A stretch of DNA of 32,000 nt from Candidatus Saccharimonadota bacterium (GCA_000503875.1 CP006913.1:1050001-1082000); one strand, 5' to 3'; shown: positions 18,960 through 30,159, counted from the first letter of the stretch. The notes: generated by a model from the sequence alone, not told the origin. Program-made: numbers and translations.

Positions 18960-19457
18960 ATAGAACTCTTAAAAGAAATTACTGATACAAAATTTCCTGA
19001 AACGGAATTAGGTATAAAAATCAGGGAAGCTTCAAGAGCTGTAATTTTTGATGATAATGGACAGATTCCTTTATTGTTTGTTTCGAAACATAATTACCAT
19101 AAATTACCTGGTGGTGGTTTTGAAATAGGAGAAAACAAAAAAGAAGCATTGATAAGAGAAGCTAAAGAAGAAGTCTGATGTGAAATAGAAGTAATTGATG
19201 AAATTTGAAAAATTATTGAATTTCGTTCTAAAAGAGATCTTAAACAGACTTCATATTGTTATTTATGTAAAGTAGTTTCAAAAGGAAATCCTGATTTCAC
19301 AAAAAAAGAATTAGATGAATGATTTAAAATTATTTGGGTATCTCTTGATAAAGCTATATATTTAATCGAAAACGATAAACCAGATTATTATGACAATTTC
19401 TTTATTCAAAAAAGAGACATCGTTTTTTTAAAAAAAGCAAAACAAATAAAAAAATAA
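18960..19457 (+). CDS. Nudix hydrolase
   Basis: Nudix box GGGFEIGENKKEALIREAKEEVGCE, with the conserved G of EEXG encoded by TGA (19176-19178). The frame opens at 18951, but there is no ATG/GTG/TTG before the conserved core, so the start is uncertain. Confidence 0.7.
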
Positions 19458-19562
19458 CTGAATATTTAACGCTTATGCTCTACAAGATAGATAACAGGAA
19501 TTATCTGAATATTTAATGATGAGAAACCGACATTATTCTTCTTTTATTTACTAATACACCTT

Positions 19563-19856
19563 ATGGAAACAAAGACAAAAAGAATAAATATCAAAAATAT
19601 TATCAGCCGATTCTTTGGAATACTTTTTTTGACAATAGCTATATTAAATGCTGTTTTAATCCACCGAGTACCTGGAGTTCTCTATACTCTATTTTCGCTT
19701 ATTTATTTTCCTCCAATCCAAAAAATAGCCAGAAAATTCTTTAATTTTTCAATTCCTTTTTTCCTAAAAATACTCTTAGCTTTGGTTATTCTTTGGTGAA
19801 CATTGGGCGTAGGCGATCTTATGGAACTATTTGAAACATATATGAGAACCAAATAA
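19563..19856 (+). CDS. small membrane protein (97 aa)
   Basis: Track ORF 19563..19799 extended through one TGA to TAA at 19854-19856. Two to three hydrophobic segments. Confidence 0.5.
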
Positions 19857-19940
19857 AAGCCAAGTTTTCCAATAAATTTATTGATTTTCTTATCCCAATA
19901 CATACACCAAAACTATCTTTATTTACTATAGCAAATAGAT

Positions 19941-21419
19941 ATGAAAAACAAATTTCTTCTTTGAATAACAATCATATCAACAATTGGAATCTGACTTTTT
20001 CTTTCTTGATGTAAACAAACAGCATCGACAGACTCGACACAAGACGAACAACTCCTTTTGGAAAAGACAATAACTATCTCTAAATCATATATTGCTTTAC
20101 GTTACCAGACTGACCACTTACTAAACGAAGCGGAAACCTATACCTACGACGAGCGAAACCAAAAAATGACAACCACAATACAAGCGTGGACCTCGCTCGA
20201 AAACGACGCAAAAGAGTTGGAAAAACAAGCAACCGAATTTTCAAAACCAGCTCTCAGTTTTCGCCTTTTTCCAACCGCCTCCGCTTACGACAGAAACGAA
20301 ATCTCAAATATTTTCGACAAAGCACCAGCCGGGAAAAAGATTGCAACCCTTGCAAAACACCTCTGAATAGATGCTAAAACAGCTTTCAAAATACTCAAAA
20401 ACGACCAGGCTCAAGTAGAAGCAGACGCATGGAACGAAGCTGGAGATACCTTTCAGAAACTAGAAACCTCAGCAACACTTATAAAAGACGGTTGTAAGAT
20501 AGCTGGTTTTGTAGGTGGAATTGCTGTTACCTGATGAGCTGGGGCTATTGCCGCTGGTTCAACACTAGGTAAAGCAGCTATCATCGTTTGAGGTGCTGAC
20601 CTTGTGCTTGAAGTCACTGATGACGGTGCAAAAATAGCGCTCGGAAATCATAATAAGATTTCTAGCATAATATGAGACGTACGTACCGTTACCGAGCCGA
20701 TCGCTAATATTTTAACCATTACTGATATCCCGAACAATCTCAAAAATGGCTTCGAAAAATTTACTGCAACAATGGTGGCTTTAGAATCATTTAGAGGAGC
20801 TGCACAAGAAGGAAAAATAATTGGAATAGAACTCCCTAAATACGAGAAAACAGAGGAATTTGCCAATATCAAAAAACACAAAGCACCTATCTACATATCA
20901 TCTTTAACAGAAAAAGATGTTGATACTTGGTTACAAGAAACACAAACAACAACAGTTGGAAACGAAGAGGCAAACGATCAAACCATGATCAAAGAACTAA
21001 TTAAAAATATCCAAGAACAAATAAAGGCTCAAGATATTGAAGTACAAGAACCAGAAAAAACAGAACAAACAAATAATAGTTCTCTATTGGGAGTATGGGA
21101 AGGTGTAGCAACACGGAAAGAATCATCTACAGCAAAAGAAGATAAAACCACACGAACCTTTAATTTCAAAGAAAATGGAATTGCTTCAACAAATGTTTCT
21201 GAGTTATTAGAAAATTGTACTTGGACAAAACAATGAAATATTGTAAAAGTAATTATAAGCGAAGAAGATGGTTTTTATGAATTTAATCTTGATGGAGACG
21301 AAATGAAGTTTATTAGATTTGCATGACCTGATGAAAGTTGAGAACTTGTTGAAATATTAGCATGAGGAGATTTCTTTGGTGGTAAATTCTTTGGTGTAAC
21401 ACTCAAAAAAGTAGAATAA
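19941..21419 (+). CDS. lipoprotein with internal glycine-zipper-like segment (492 aa)
   Basis: Signal peptide MKNKFLLGITIISTIGIGLFLSGC, with the lipobox G as TGA at 20007-20009. Track ORFs 20058.. and 20772.. share its frame. Confidence 0.65.
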
Positions 21420-21478
21420 TTTGCAATCTCTCATCAACTAAGTATAAACTCTTCATTCTTACTTCTTAATAGCAATTA

Positions 21479-21925
21479 ATGCTCGATCTTATCAAAACAA
21501 AACTCCTCTCGTTCTACAACAAAACAGACAAACTCTGACTTTTTTTCTCATTATTTGATGCTAACAACAATCTCCTCCTTTCCAACGGAGTCCTTACTAC
21601 AGACAAAGCATTGCCAGAGCTGGTTGAAATACTGTACCACGCAATTCTCGAAAAAGTAGAAAAAAGCACAAAAGTAGTCGCAATAGACATCGTTAAAGAG
21701 ATCCAACTTCAACCAGACATCCAAAAACTTCTCACCCTTTCGCCCAAGGAATATGGAATTTTCATGATTAACAAACAAACCAATATAAGTGGCGTAGTCC
21801 TTCCAGACACCCAAGGAATTACTGATATCAAATGAGCCTTAGGCCTTTTGAAGCAAAAATATAACCTCACCGGTAACGTAGAAATTTCTTCTTTCACTAC
21901 TCGTAGAATTGCTTTTCAAATATAA
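21479..21925 (+). CDS. hypothetical protein (148 aa), weak AMMECR1-like pattern
   Basis: Track ORF 21611..21835 extended in both directions through TGA. The pattern GLFFSLF...GIFMINKQTNISGVVLPDTQGI...RIAF is only suggestive. Confidence 0.45.
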
Positions 21926-22480
21926 TTATTTCTTATACAAAAAAATACATCATTTACCCTTTTTATCTTTGGTTACTTCAAACGGTACATGATTTTTAAA
22001 TTGAAACGAATTTGCAATAATTATTGCATCTTTTTTCATATTATTCCAAACCCAATCTTCTATAAAGGCTAGTTGTGCAGGCAAAAGATAGACATAGATA
22101 TAGTCAAAGGTAGACAAATCTACATTCATAAAATTTTTCTTTTCAAGAAAAACAGATTTTCTAAATCCAAACCAACGATTGAAAGCTTTACCTAAGGTAA
22201 TAGCAAAAATATTAATATCATATCAGAATCATTGTATTCCAAATGTTTTTACAAAAAATCTCAAAGCCTTTCCATCTCCACAGCCTAAATCAACTAATTT
22301 TTTTCCTTTTTCTAAATGAAGGTTTTCCTTCATCAACAAAAGTTCTTTACGAAAAGATCAAACATAAGGTGCGGCTTTGTCTTTTCTAAAAAGTCATACA
22401 AAAAACAATGAAATAAGCCAAATATTAAGTCCAAAAACAATCAAAATTATCAAAAGCAAAAAATATGCAAAAAAATTCAT
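21926..22480 (-). CDS. class I SAM-dependent methyltransferase with N-terminal TM helix
   Basis: Motif I LVDLGCGDGKAL. Frame checked: only TGA interruptions. Absent from the track. Confidence 0.7.
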
Positions 22481-22524
22481 AAGCAGCAAAAAGAATAAAG
22501 AGATATAAAGAGAAAATAGATTTA

Positions 22525-23109
22525 TTATTTCAATAATCAATGCATTTTTAATGCTTCAATGGTTTCTTTGGATATATTTTCAATAGATTGGTTGGCATTT
22601 ATGTGAATAATTTTACCCAAACCATCCAAATACTCAATCACAGGTTTTGTCTCCTTCTCGTAAATATCGAGCCTGGTACGAACTGATGTTTCTGTGTCAT
22701 CTTTACGCTGTTCTATCTTTCATCTAGCAACAATTCTTTTAATAGCTTCCTCTTTATCCAAGACATAATGAATTCATACAAAATCCCTTTTATGTTTATA
22801 TTGTTGATTGAAAAAATAGTATAATTGGTCTAATGTTCTCAAAAATCAATCAATAAGCATATATTCTCCTGGTTTCAAAAGATGTTGGTAAACATCAAAC
22901 AGTCCAAAAATAATGGCATCATCGACCATCTTTCCTTGATCCATACAATCTCTAATATGCTCCCCCAAGACATTGTCATTAGATTTCAATGCCCTAAGAA
23001 TCTGACCTGGTTCAAAATATTGATATCCTTGAATATTTTTCATCAATAAATCAGCCTGAGTTCCTTTTCACGAACCTTGTATCCCAAAGAGAATAATGTC
23101 TTTTTTCAT
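22525..23109 (-). CDS. adk: adenylate kinase
   Basis: P-loop GIQGSGKGTQA, with the G before K encoded by TGA (23068-23070). Continues through track ORF 22846..23046 to TAA at 22525. Confidence 0.85.
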
Positions 23110-23341
23110 GGATAAAAGTATAATTATAAAATAAATATTTTTAAAAATCAATTGAGCAATAAAAAGAATAAACAAAAGAAGAAAACATCAACAAACCAAT
23201 ATTATTCGTAGCCAAAGCAGGAATTTAATTATTACAAGACTTTACACTCAAACAAAGATACTGCTTTGATGGTTGATGAATTTTGTTTGTTTTTTATTGC
23301 AAAACAATCTTAAGCAACAAATCAAATATACTGATTTTCTC

Positions 23342-23374
23342 AAAAAAAGCAAAAATCCCGCTTGCACGGGATTT
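23342..23374 (-). terminator. rho-independent terminator after rpsI
   Basis: Minus strand AAATCCCG-TGCAAG-CGGGATTT followed by a T-rich run. Confidence 0.7.
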
Positions 23375-23397
23375 CTGTAAAATATATAATCAAACGT

Positions 23398-23820
23398 TTA
23401 TCTCTTTGACCACGTAGGTGATTTTCTCGCCTTTTTCAAACCTGGCTTTTTTCTTTCTTTAACTCTTGGATCTCTTTTAAGAAGACCAAAAGGTTTCAAT
23501 GTTACTCTAAGATCAGCATCTCGATCAATCAATGCTCTAGCAAATGCTAATTTGATAGCATCAGCTTGTCCTGAAATACCACCTCCAACAATTTTGATTT
23601 GTGCATCAAATTTCTTTACATAATCAGCTCCCAAAGTTGTGAATGGAGTAATAGCATTTTGATATAAGTAGTCATTACCTCCAAAGTATTGTTGTAATGA
23701 TTTTTCTACTCCTTTTGCTGTTTTCACAACAAAATTACCAGTACCTTTGCTGAAAAGCTTTACAACAGCACTAGTTTCTTTTCTTCTACCAATTGCGTAA
23801 TTATATTCTTTGTTTGTCAT
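23398..23820 (-). CDS. rpsI: 30S ribosomal protein S9
   Basis: Intact 140-aa ORF with a typical S9 C-terminus ending SKR. Confidence 0.95.
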   Translation of the reverse strand: MTNKEYNYAIGRRKETSAVVKLFSKGTGNFVVKTAKGVEKSLQQYFGGNDYLYQNAITPFTTLGADYVKKFDAQIKIVGGGISGQADAIKLAFARALIDRDADLRVTLKPFGLLKRDPRVKERKKPGLKKARKSPTWSKR

Positions 23821-24278
23821 TATTTATAAAGGTTAAGAGGTTTAAAATTATCATATTGAGTAGTTGTTCCAACAACTAATTTCAATCTTTTCATTCTTTT
23901 GTCTCTGAGCTTGTTTTTTGCAAGCATTCCTCTTACAGCTTCTTTTAAGATTCTTTCAGGATCTTTCTTAAGAATGTTTTCATAACTTGTTGTTTTAAGA
24001 TTTCCTTTATAACCACTATAGTCATAATACATTTTTTTAAGTTCTTTCCCTCCTGTAACAGAAACAAGTTGGATGTTTTCAACAACAACATAGTCTCCAC
24101 AATCCCAAAAATCACAATAATGTGGTTTGTTTTTTCCAAGAAGTTTTTTAGCAATATCTGTTGCTAATCTTCCTAGTGTTTTTCCTGTTGCGTCAACTTT
24201 CCACCAAATCCTTTGGCCATCCATATCTGCAGGTTTTACCCAAAGTGTTTTATTAAGATCTTTTTTAGTAAATTCCAT
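23820..24278 (-). CDS. rplM: 50S ribosomal protein L13
   Basis: WWKVDATGKTLGRLATDIAKKLLGKNKP motif. The ATG at 24276-24278 is preferred over the TTG used by the track. Confidence 0.9.
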   Translation of the reverse strand: MEFTKKDLNKTLWVKPADMDGQRIWWKVDATGKTLGRLATDIAKKLLGKNKPHYCDFWDCGDYVVVENIQLVSVTGGKELKKMYYDYSGYKGNLKTTSYENILKKDPERILKEAVRGMLAKNKLRDKRMKRLKLVVGTTTQYDNFKPLNLYK

Positions 24279-24318
24279 TTGTATAATATCTATCAATTAA
24301 AGATTGAATGTTTTACTA

Positions 24319-24705
24319 CTATAATAATTTAAGTAATACTTTTGGAGCAGCATCTCCAGTTCTAAATCCAAGATTATATAAGGCAACAAATCCTGTTTTT
24401 CTACCTTCTTGAACATATTTTGGAAGAAGTATATCAATTACTTTTTTACCTTCATCACCATAAATAATAGAGGTAATATATCTAATACATTCTCTTCTTG
24501 CATCTTTTTCATCTGCAAATCTAGCAGTAATTTCCAAAAGTTTAGAAAAGAAATGATCAATTTCTGATTTAACTACTTTTCCTCTTTTTTGAGTAGTAGT
24601 AAGTTTTCCATGTTGTACAAGATTAGTAAGCAACACTCTCAAGTAGACTGCCTTTTTCTTTGCTCCTGTGTCGATTTTCAATAATCTGTTCTTTTGATGT
24701 CTCAT
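24319..24705 (-). CDS. rplQ: 50S ribosomal protein L17
   Basis: MRHQKNRLLK... with the L17 pattern. Sits in the canonical position after rpoA. Confidence 0.9.
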   Translation of the reverse strand: MRHQKNRLLKIDTGAKKKAVYLRVLLTNLVQHGKLTTTQKRGKVVKSEIDHFFSKLLEITARFADEKDARRECIRYITSIIYGDEGKKVIDILLPKYVQEGRKTGFVALYNLGFRTGDAAPKVLLKLL

Positions 24706-24732
24706 TGACTATAAACATAAATTATAAAATAA

Positions 24733-25725
24733 TTATCCGATCAAAGATTTGCTAATATTAGCTAGTGAACTAACAATTTCATCGATAGCTTTCCTTCCAA
24801 CTCCTTTCATCAATAATAATTCTCCTTTCTTCTTCTTTTCAAGATCTTCAACATACAATATATTATTTTTGATCAAAGCATTTCTTGTTCTTTCACTCAA
24901 AGGAAGAGCATCAATTGGCATTGTTTTTACACCAACTTCATGTTCTGTTCTAGCTGTTTCTTGAACAAGATCATCCATATCAATCAATACTGATCTATCA
25001 ATATATATATTATCAAAGACAAATAATTTAGCGTAAGACGCCAATATTTCTCAAGCAAACATAAGGATTTCTTTTGCAGAAACACCACTATATCATGCTT
25101 TTACTTCCAATACTAACAAATCTTTTGTAGAACCTGTAAAATCTTCTATAACTTCTTCTACTTCATATTGGATTAAATCAACCAATTTAAATTCATTATC
25201 TATAAGCAAAATATTTACATCGCTATCTTCTTTTTTATCACGACTTCTCAAGAAATCAATACTGTAATATCCATATCCTTTTTCTATTCTAATATCCATA
25301 TTTAATTCAACTGAAGGATCAGTTATTTCAAACAAACGAACATCTGGATTTAATAATTCTACACCTGCAGGAAGTTTAATATCTTTTGCAGTATAAATCC
25401 CAACTCCAGAAAATCTTTGAGATATCCATTGAATAGCATCAATACCATCATCAAACTTAAAGCGTAAAGACTTAAAGTTAAGCATAATAGTAATCACATT
25501 TTCAAGAACACCATCAACAACATGATATTCATGAGAAACTCCTTTGATTTTAAGTCCTGTAACTGCAGCACCAATGCTGTATCACAAAATTATTCTTCTC
25601 AAAGCATTTCCCAAAGAATGACCAAATCATCTTGGTAAGTATTTCACTTCAAACTTAGTGGTTCTTTCATCTGATTCTGAAACAACAATTCTTGGAGCTC
25701 AAATAAGTTTTTGGATATCTAACAT
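24733..25725 (-). CDS. rpoA: DNA-directed RNA polymerase subunit alpha
   Basis: LPRGFGHSLGNALRRIIL, with the first G of GFG as TGA. Three fragments share one frame (checked). C-terminal HhH domain. Confidence 0.9.
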
Positions 25726-25754
25726 ATGTTTTTGTTAAAATATATAAAGAAGCA

Positions 25755-26372
25755 TTAAGCTCTAGCGTAGAATTCAATAACTTTCAATAAATCTGAATTA
25801 ACATGTATTTCACCAACTTGAGGAAGGCTCAACATTTCTATTGCGTATGCATTTCTATCTAATTTTATCCAAGAAGGAACTTTATTTTTGTTATCCATAG
25901 CTTGAGAATATAATGGTGAGTTATGGAGAGAAGCTTTCAATGTTATTTTATCACCTGGTTGAACAAAAGTCGAAGGAACATTGTGTTTTTTTCCATTCAA
26001 TAATAGATGTCCGTGAACAACTATTTGTCTTGCTTGCATAATAGTTTTAGCAAAACCAGCTCTATACACAACAGAATCCATTCTTTTTTCCAAAAATTGA
26101 AACAACGCAGTATCATGTGTTATTTGTTTATTTTTTGAGTATTGTGAAGAAATTTCTCTTACAATTCTTACAAATTGTTTTTCTGATAAACCATATGTTC
26201 TTTTGAGAAGTTGTTTGTTTCTTAAAAGTTTTCCATATTCAGAAGATCTTTGCATATTTGCTCCATGTTGTCATGGAAGATTTCTATTTTTTTTCACATC
26301 ATATTTCTTTGATCCAAACAAATCAACTTGTTCCCTTCTACATAACTTAAACTTAGGCCCTGTATATCTCAT
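25755..26372 (-). CDS. rpsD: 30S ribosomal protein S4
   Basis: MRYTGPKFKLCRREQVDLF...LPGQHG, with the G of PGQHG as TGA. Confidence 0.9.
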
Positions 26373-26396
26373 GTATACAAAATGTTAAAAATAAAA

Positions 26397-26792
26397 TTAG
26401 TTTTTCTTTGGTCTTATTCCTTTCACTCCACCAAATTGTAATGATGTAGCTTCTTTTATGTATTGGATATCAATCAATCAAATTTCGTTGATTGCTTTAA
26501 AAACACCTTCTCTTGCGAGTCCAACACCTTTAAAAATAATACCAATTTCTTTGAGACCAAAACCTTGAGCCTCTTTCAACAAGTGTTTTGCTAACACTTC
26601 AGCCGCATAAGGAGTGTTTTGTTTTGCTCATTTATATCACATAAGTCCTGTACCACCTCCAACAATTTTATTTCCAGCTTCATCAACCAAAATAATAAGT
26701 GTGTTGTTTTCTGTAGTAGTAACTTTTAAGATACCAGAAGTAATCTTGATATCTCTTTTCTTCTTTGGAGAAGCTTTATCTTTTACTGCCAT
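26397..26792 (-). CDS. rpsK: 30S ribosomal protein S11
   Basis: GGGTGLM-G-YK-G-AKQNTPYAA aligns with the E. coli GSGFRGSRKSTPFAA. Both TGA codons fall on invariant Gly residues. Confidence 0.9.
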
Positions 26793-26819
26793 AATAAAAA
26801 ATTATCTAAACAAATAAAA

Positions 26820-27194
26820 TTATTTTTTCAAGACTGGTCTAACTTTTGATCTTCCCAAAAGTTTTTTAGCAGTTCTTGCATTTTTTCTTGTACATTGTCC
26901 CCTAACTGGCAACCCAACATTGTGTCTCATACCTTTGTAACACTTAATTTCTTTAAGTCTTTTGATGGCATGAGCTATTTCTCTTTTGAGATCGCTCTCC
27001 AAAACAAGACTCTTAAGTTGGTCACTTAGTTTCTTTTGTTCGTCTTCGTCGATATCTTTAACTTTTTTCATGGGATTAATTTTCAATATATCCAAAATTT
27101 TATTGGATCTACTTCTTCCAATACCATAAATTGTAGTCAATGCTATCCAGATAGACTTATTTTCTTCCAAAACATGTCACATTAATCTAAACAT
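26820..27194 (-). CDS. rpsM: 30S ribosomal protein S13
   Basis: MFRLMGHV..., with TGA (27177-27179) at the conserved ARIAG glycine. Confidence 0.9.
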
Positions 27195-27222
27195 AATTAT
27201 GATTTTTCAATGATATAAAATA

Positions 27223-27339
27223 TTATCCTTGTCTAGCTTTATGCCTAGGATTTTTTTTGCAAGTAACATAGAGTTTTCCATGTCTTTTAATGATTTTACA
27301 ATCTATACATCTTTTCTTTAATGATGTTTTTACCTTCAT
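27223..27339 (-). CDS. rpmJ: 50S ribosomal protein L36
   Basis: [38 protein letters not shown]. Confidence 0.9.
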   Translation of the reverse strand: MKVKTSLKKRCIDCKIIKRHGKLYVTCKKNPRHKARQG

Positions 27340-27375
27340 TAGGAAACACTTTATATAAGTAAATAATTCGAATCT

Positions 27376-27636
27376 TTAAGCGGCAGCAACTGCATGTTGT
27401 TGTTGATTTTTGTAATCATTGTATCTATAAACAATACGTCATTGAGCCATATCATATTGATTTACTTCAACTTTAACCCAATCTCAAGAAATAATAGAGA
27501 TATGAGATTGATTCATTTTTCAGGATTTTTTGCAACGAATCAGCGTTTCAATATCTTTAAGCTTGACTTTAAAAAATCCAGCCGGCAAAGCCTCTAACAC
27601 CTCTCCATCTCGTTCTAAAACACCTTCTTTTACCAT
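27376..27636 (-). CDS. infA: translation initiation factor IF-1
   Basis: S1-like fold motifs. TGA at SGKM, GDWV and GRIVYR, all conserved Gly positions. Confidence 0.9.
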
Positions 27637-27953
27637 TAAGCGTTTATTTTTTTAATGTGTAAAACAGTTTGTTGTGGTCTAAAACCAATTGTTCTTTCAT
27701 ATCTATTTTTTCTTTTGAATTTTGTAATTCTTATTTTATCTCCTTTTTGGTGAGCAACAACGTCGCAAACCACAGAAGCTTTAGTAAGATAAGGAGCACC
27801 AACAGTAACACTTTCTCCTTTTTCATCAAAAATAGACAATACCTCCTTTATTTCTAGTTTTTTTCATTCTTCAACATCCAAAGAATCTACAGTAATAGAA
27901 TCTCCTTCAGTAACAATATATTGATGTCAATTAAGACCAATAACAGCGTACAT
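27636..27953 (-). CDS. rplU: 50S ribosomal protein L21
   Basis: MYAVIGLNGHQYIVTEGDSI. The stop overlaps the infA start (TAATG). Confidence 0.85.
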
Positions 27954-27991
27954 TACAAACAAATTTATAATTTAAAATCTGACTTTTTATA

Positions 27992-28255
27992 TTATACTAT
28001 TTTTCCAAGTTGAGCTAATGTATTATATTTCTTTTTAGTCTTTCTATATGATGATGATATAATAGCTTTTATTCTTTTATATCTTCTTGCACTTGGAAAG
28101 TCTAAAGAAACGTTTTTTCTATACCATTGTGTCCCATAGTGCTTTTGTTTTTTAGCTTTATCCAAAATATGAGAAGCCCATAGTTCTTTTTTATAGAAAG
28201 ATATAACTCTTTCGTTGGTATTTAAATCACCTGCTCTTCGAACGGTAAATCACAT
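27992..28255 (-). CDS. small basic protein (87 aa), possibly S21-like
   Basis: ATG-TGA start context. Lys/Arg-rich, with a loose resemblance to the S21 pattern (VRRAGDLNTNERVISFYKK...PSARRYKRIK). Confidence 0.35.
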
Positions 28256-28286
28256 TACATATGATCTTAAAAGGTAAAATTCAACT

Positions 28287-28370
28287 TGCCGGGAACCGGA
28301 ATCGAACCGGTACGACATTACTGTCGCAGGATTTTAAGTCCTGTGCGTCTACCAATTCCGCCATCCCGGC
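28287..28370 (-). tRNA. tRNA-Leu (anticodon UAA)
   Basis: Acceptor GCCGGGA/TCCCGGC, anticodon loop CTTAAAA, long variable arm. Confidence 0.85.
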
Positions 28371-28402
28371 ATAGGGAACAAACAGAGTAGACTATATTTT
28401 AA

Positions 28403-28750
28403 TTATTTAACTATTTCAGCGTACATTTTATCAAAGACTGCCGGAAAAGCTACTGCAATATTAGATAAGACTTTTCTATCAAGTTGTATATTTTTTGCTG
28501 TCATAGTACCAATAAAAGAAGAATATGTATTTCCTTTTTCTCTAATAACTGCTGACAATCTTTCTATCCACAACTTTCTAAAATCTCTCTTTTTTTCTTT
28601 TCTATTCTTGTATGCGTGCTGACCTTGTTTTACCAAAGCAAGTCTTACTTGTTTATATACGTTTTTTCTTCCTAATCTGAATCCTTTTGCCAAACCAATA
28701 AACTTTTTATGTCTCTTGTGTCTTTGGATTCCATTTTTTACTCTAACCAT
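28403..28750 (-). CDS. rplT: 50S ribosomal protein L20
   Basis: Intact 115-aa ORF, MVRVKNGIQRHKRHKK... Confidence 0.95.
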   Translation of the reverse strand: MVRVKNGIQRHKRHKKFIGLAKGFRLGRKNVYKQVRLALVKQGQHAYKNRKEKKRDFRKLWIERLSAVIREKGNTYSSFIGTMTAKNIQLDRKVLSNIAVAFPAVFDKMYAEIVK

Positions 28751-28755
28751 GAGAA

Positions 28756-28953
28756 CTAATTATAAGGAAATAAATCTTTAACTTTTTTTGCATAACAAAC
28801 ATGAAGTTCTTTTCAAGAAACATGTGCTTTATTTGATTTTCATTTATTTGTTAATAAATGATTGTTACACGATTTCTTAAACATAACCTTTTTTGATTTG
28901 GTAATTTTAAATCTTTTTTGTGCTCCTTTATGTGTTTTCAATGCATGAGCCAT
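28756..28953 (-). CDS. rpmI: 50S ribosomal protein L35
   Basis: MAHALKTHKGAQKRFKITKSKKV..., with two in-frame TGA. Canonical position between infC and rplT. Confidence 0.85.
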
Positions 28954-28962
28954 TATAAACAA

Positions 28963-29652
28963 CTATTTACTAAATAAAATCATACTATATCATTGAACTT
29001 CTTGTTTGGGTTGATCAAATTGAGATCTTCCAACATCAGCTAATGAATCTTTCATAGAGAGAATTTTTTCTACTGCTTTACTAGCATATATTTTTTCTCT
29101 TCACTTAAGCCTTATCATAAGTTTAACGTTATATCCATCTTTTAACATTTCTTTTGCTTTCTTTATTTTCAATTGAAGATCATTGTCTCATATAGCGTAA
29201 TTGATTTTCAATTCTTTGAGTCAGCTGCTTTTTTGCGTTTTTTTCTTTTCTTTATCATCTTTTTGTTTTTGATACATATATTTTCCATAATCCAATAACT
29301 TAACTGTTGACGTCATTGTCTCCTGGTCATATTTCATTTGAACCAAATCTTTTCAAGCTTCTTGTGCTATTTCAAGCGCTCTTCTCCTTGGATATGTTCA
29401 AACATTAGTTCCCTCTTCATCTATTATGATAATAGTGGGTGCTTTGATGTTTTCATTAGTAAAAACCATTGGAGCCCTACGATCTTGAAACCCAGAAGAA
29501 TGAGACCTATCTATAGGCTTTTGTGCTGGTCTTGAAACGAAGGCTGGCTTTGCGCCAAAAGCTGGTTTTCCACCAAAAGCTGGTTTTGCTCCAGCCGGTC
29601 TTGGTGTAAAGGACGGCTTTTTTTGTTGATAAGAATTGTTTTGTTGTGGCAT
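28963..29652 (-). CDS. infC: translation initiation factor IF-3 with a repeat-containing N-terminal extension
   Basis: Track ORF 29398..29652 continues through TGAs. KLLDYGKYMYQ and LKGREKIY (RGRE glycine = TGA). Confidence 0.85.
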
Positions 29653-29715
29653 TAATACATGAAGAATAAATGAGTAATTATATATTTAATTATTCATTAC
29701 AAGAATGGGTCTATT

Positions 29716-29789
29716 CACTCCCGGCGGGATTTGAACCCGCGATCTTCACCGTGAGAGGGTGACGTCCTAGACCACTAGACTACGAGAGC
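29716..29789 (-). tRNA. tRNA-Glu (anticodon CUC)
   Basis: Acceptor GCTCTCG/CGGGAGT (two G-U pairs), anticodon stem TCACC/GGTGA, loop CTCTCAC. Confidence 0.75.
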
Positions 29790-29909
29790 ATCTAAGATTA
29801 CGCGAATATTCCACCAAGAAGAATCGAAACTAACATTTTTACAACTAATAGTTAATAATCTATAATAAGTATTACTATAATCTATTAACTACTAGCTATA
29901 AGCTTAATT

Positions 29910-29981
29910 TACCCCCGCTAAGAATCGAACTTAGATCCACAGCTTAGAAGGCTGTTGTTCTATCCATTGAACTACGGGAGC
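29910..29981 (-). tRNA. tRNA-Arg (anticodon UCU)
   Basis: Anticodon stem ACAGC/GCTGT, loop CTTCTAA, T-loop TTCGATT. Confidence 0.8.
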
Positions 29982-29993
29982 GGGAGAGAAAAA

Positions 29994-30070
29994 TGGTGGA
30001 CCCTATCGGAGTCGAACCGATCACCTCCTGCGTGCAAAGCAGGCGCTCTAGCCAAATGAGCTAAGGGCCC
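29994..30070 (-). tRNA. tRNA-Ala (anticodon UGC), CCA encoded
   Basis: GGGCCCT acceptor with a G3-U70 pair, anticodon loop TTTGCAC. Confidence 0.9.
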
Positions 30071-30091
30071 ATGTAATGGGCAACGTTTTTA
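30049..30091. repeat. 43-bp direct repeat, copy 1 (5' part of tRNA-Ala plus 21 nt upstream)
   Basis: Identical to 30160-30202. Confidence 0.9.
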
Positions 30092-30159
30092 CTTAGATAT
30101 CTTTTCTAGAGGTGAATATCTAAACACCTAATCAAGCGCTCCTTGTCCTCTTTAGAGGA

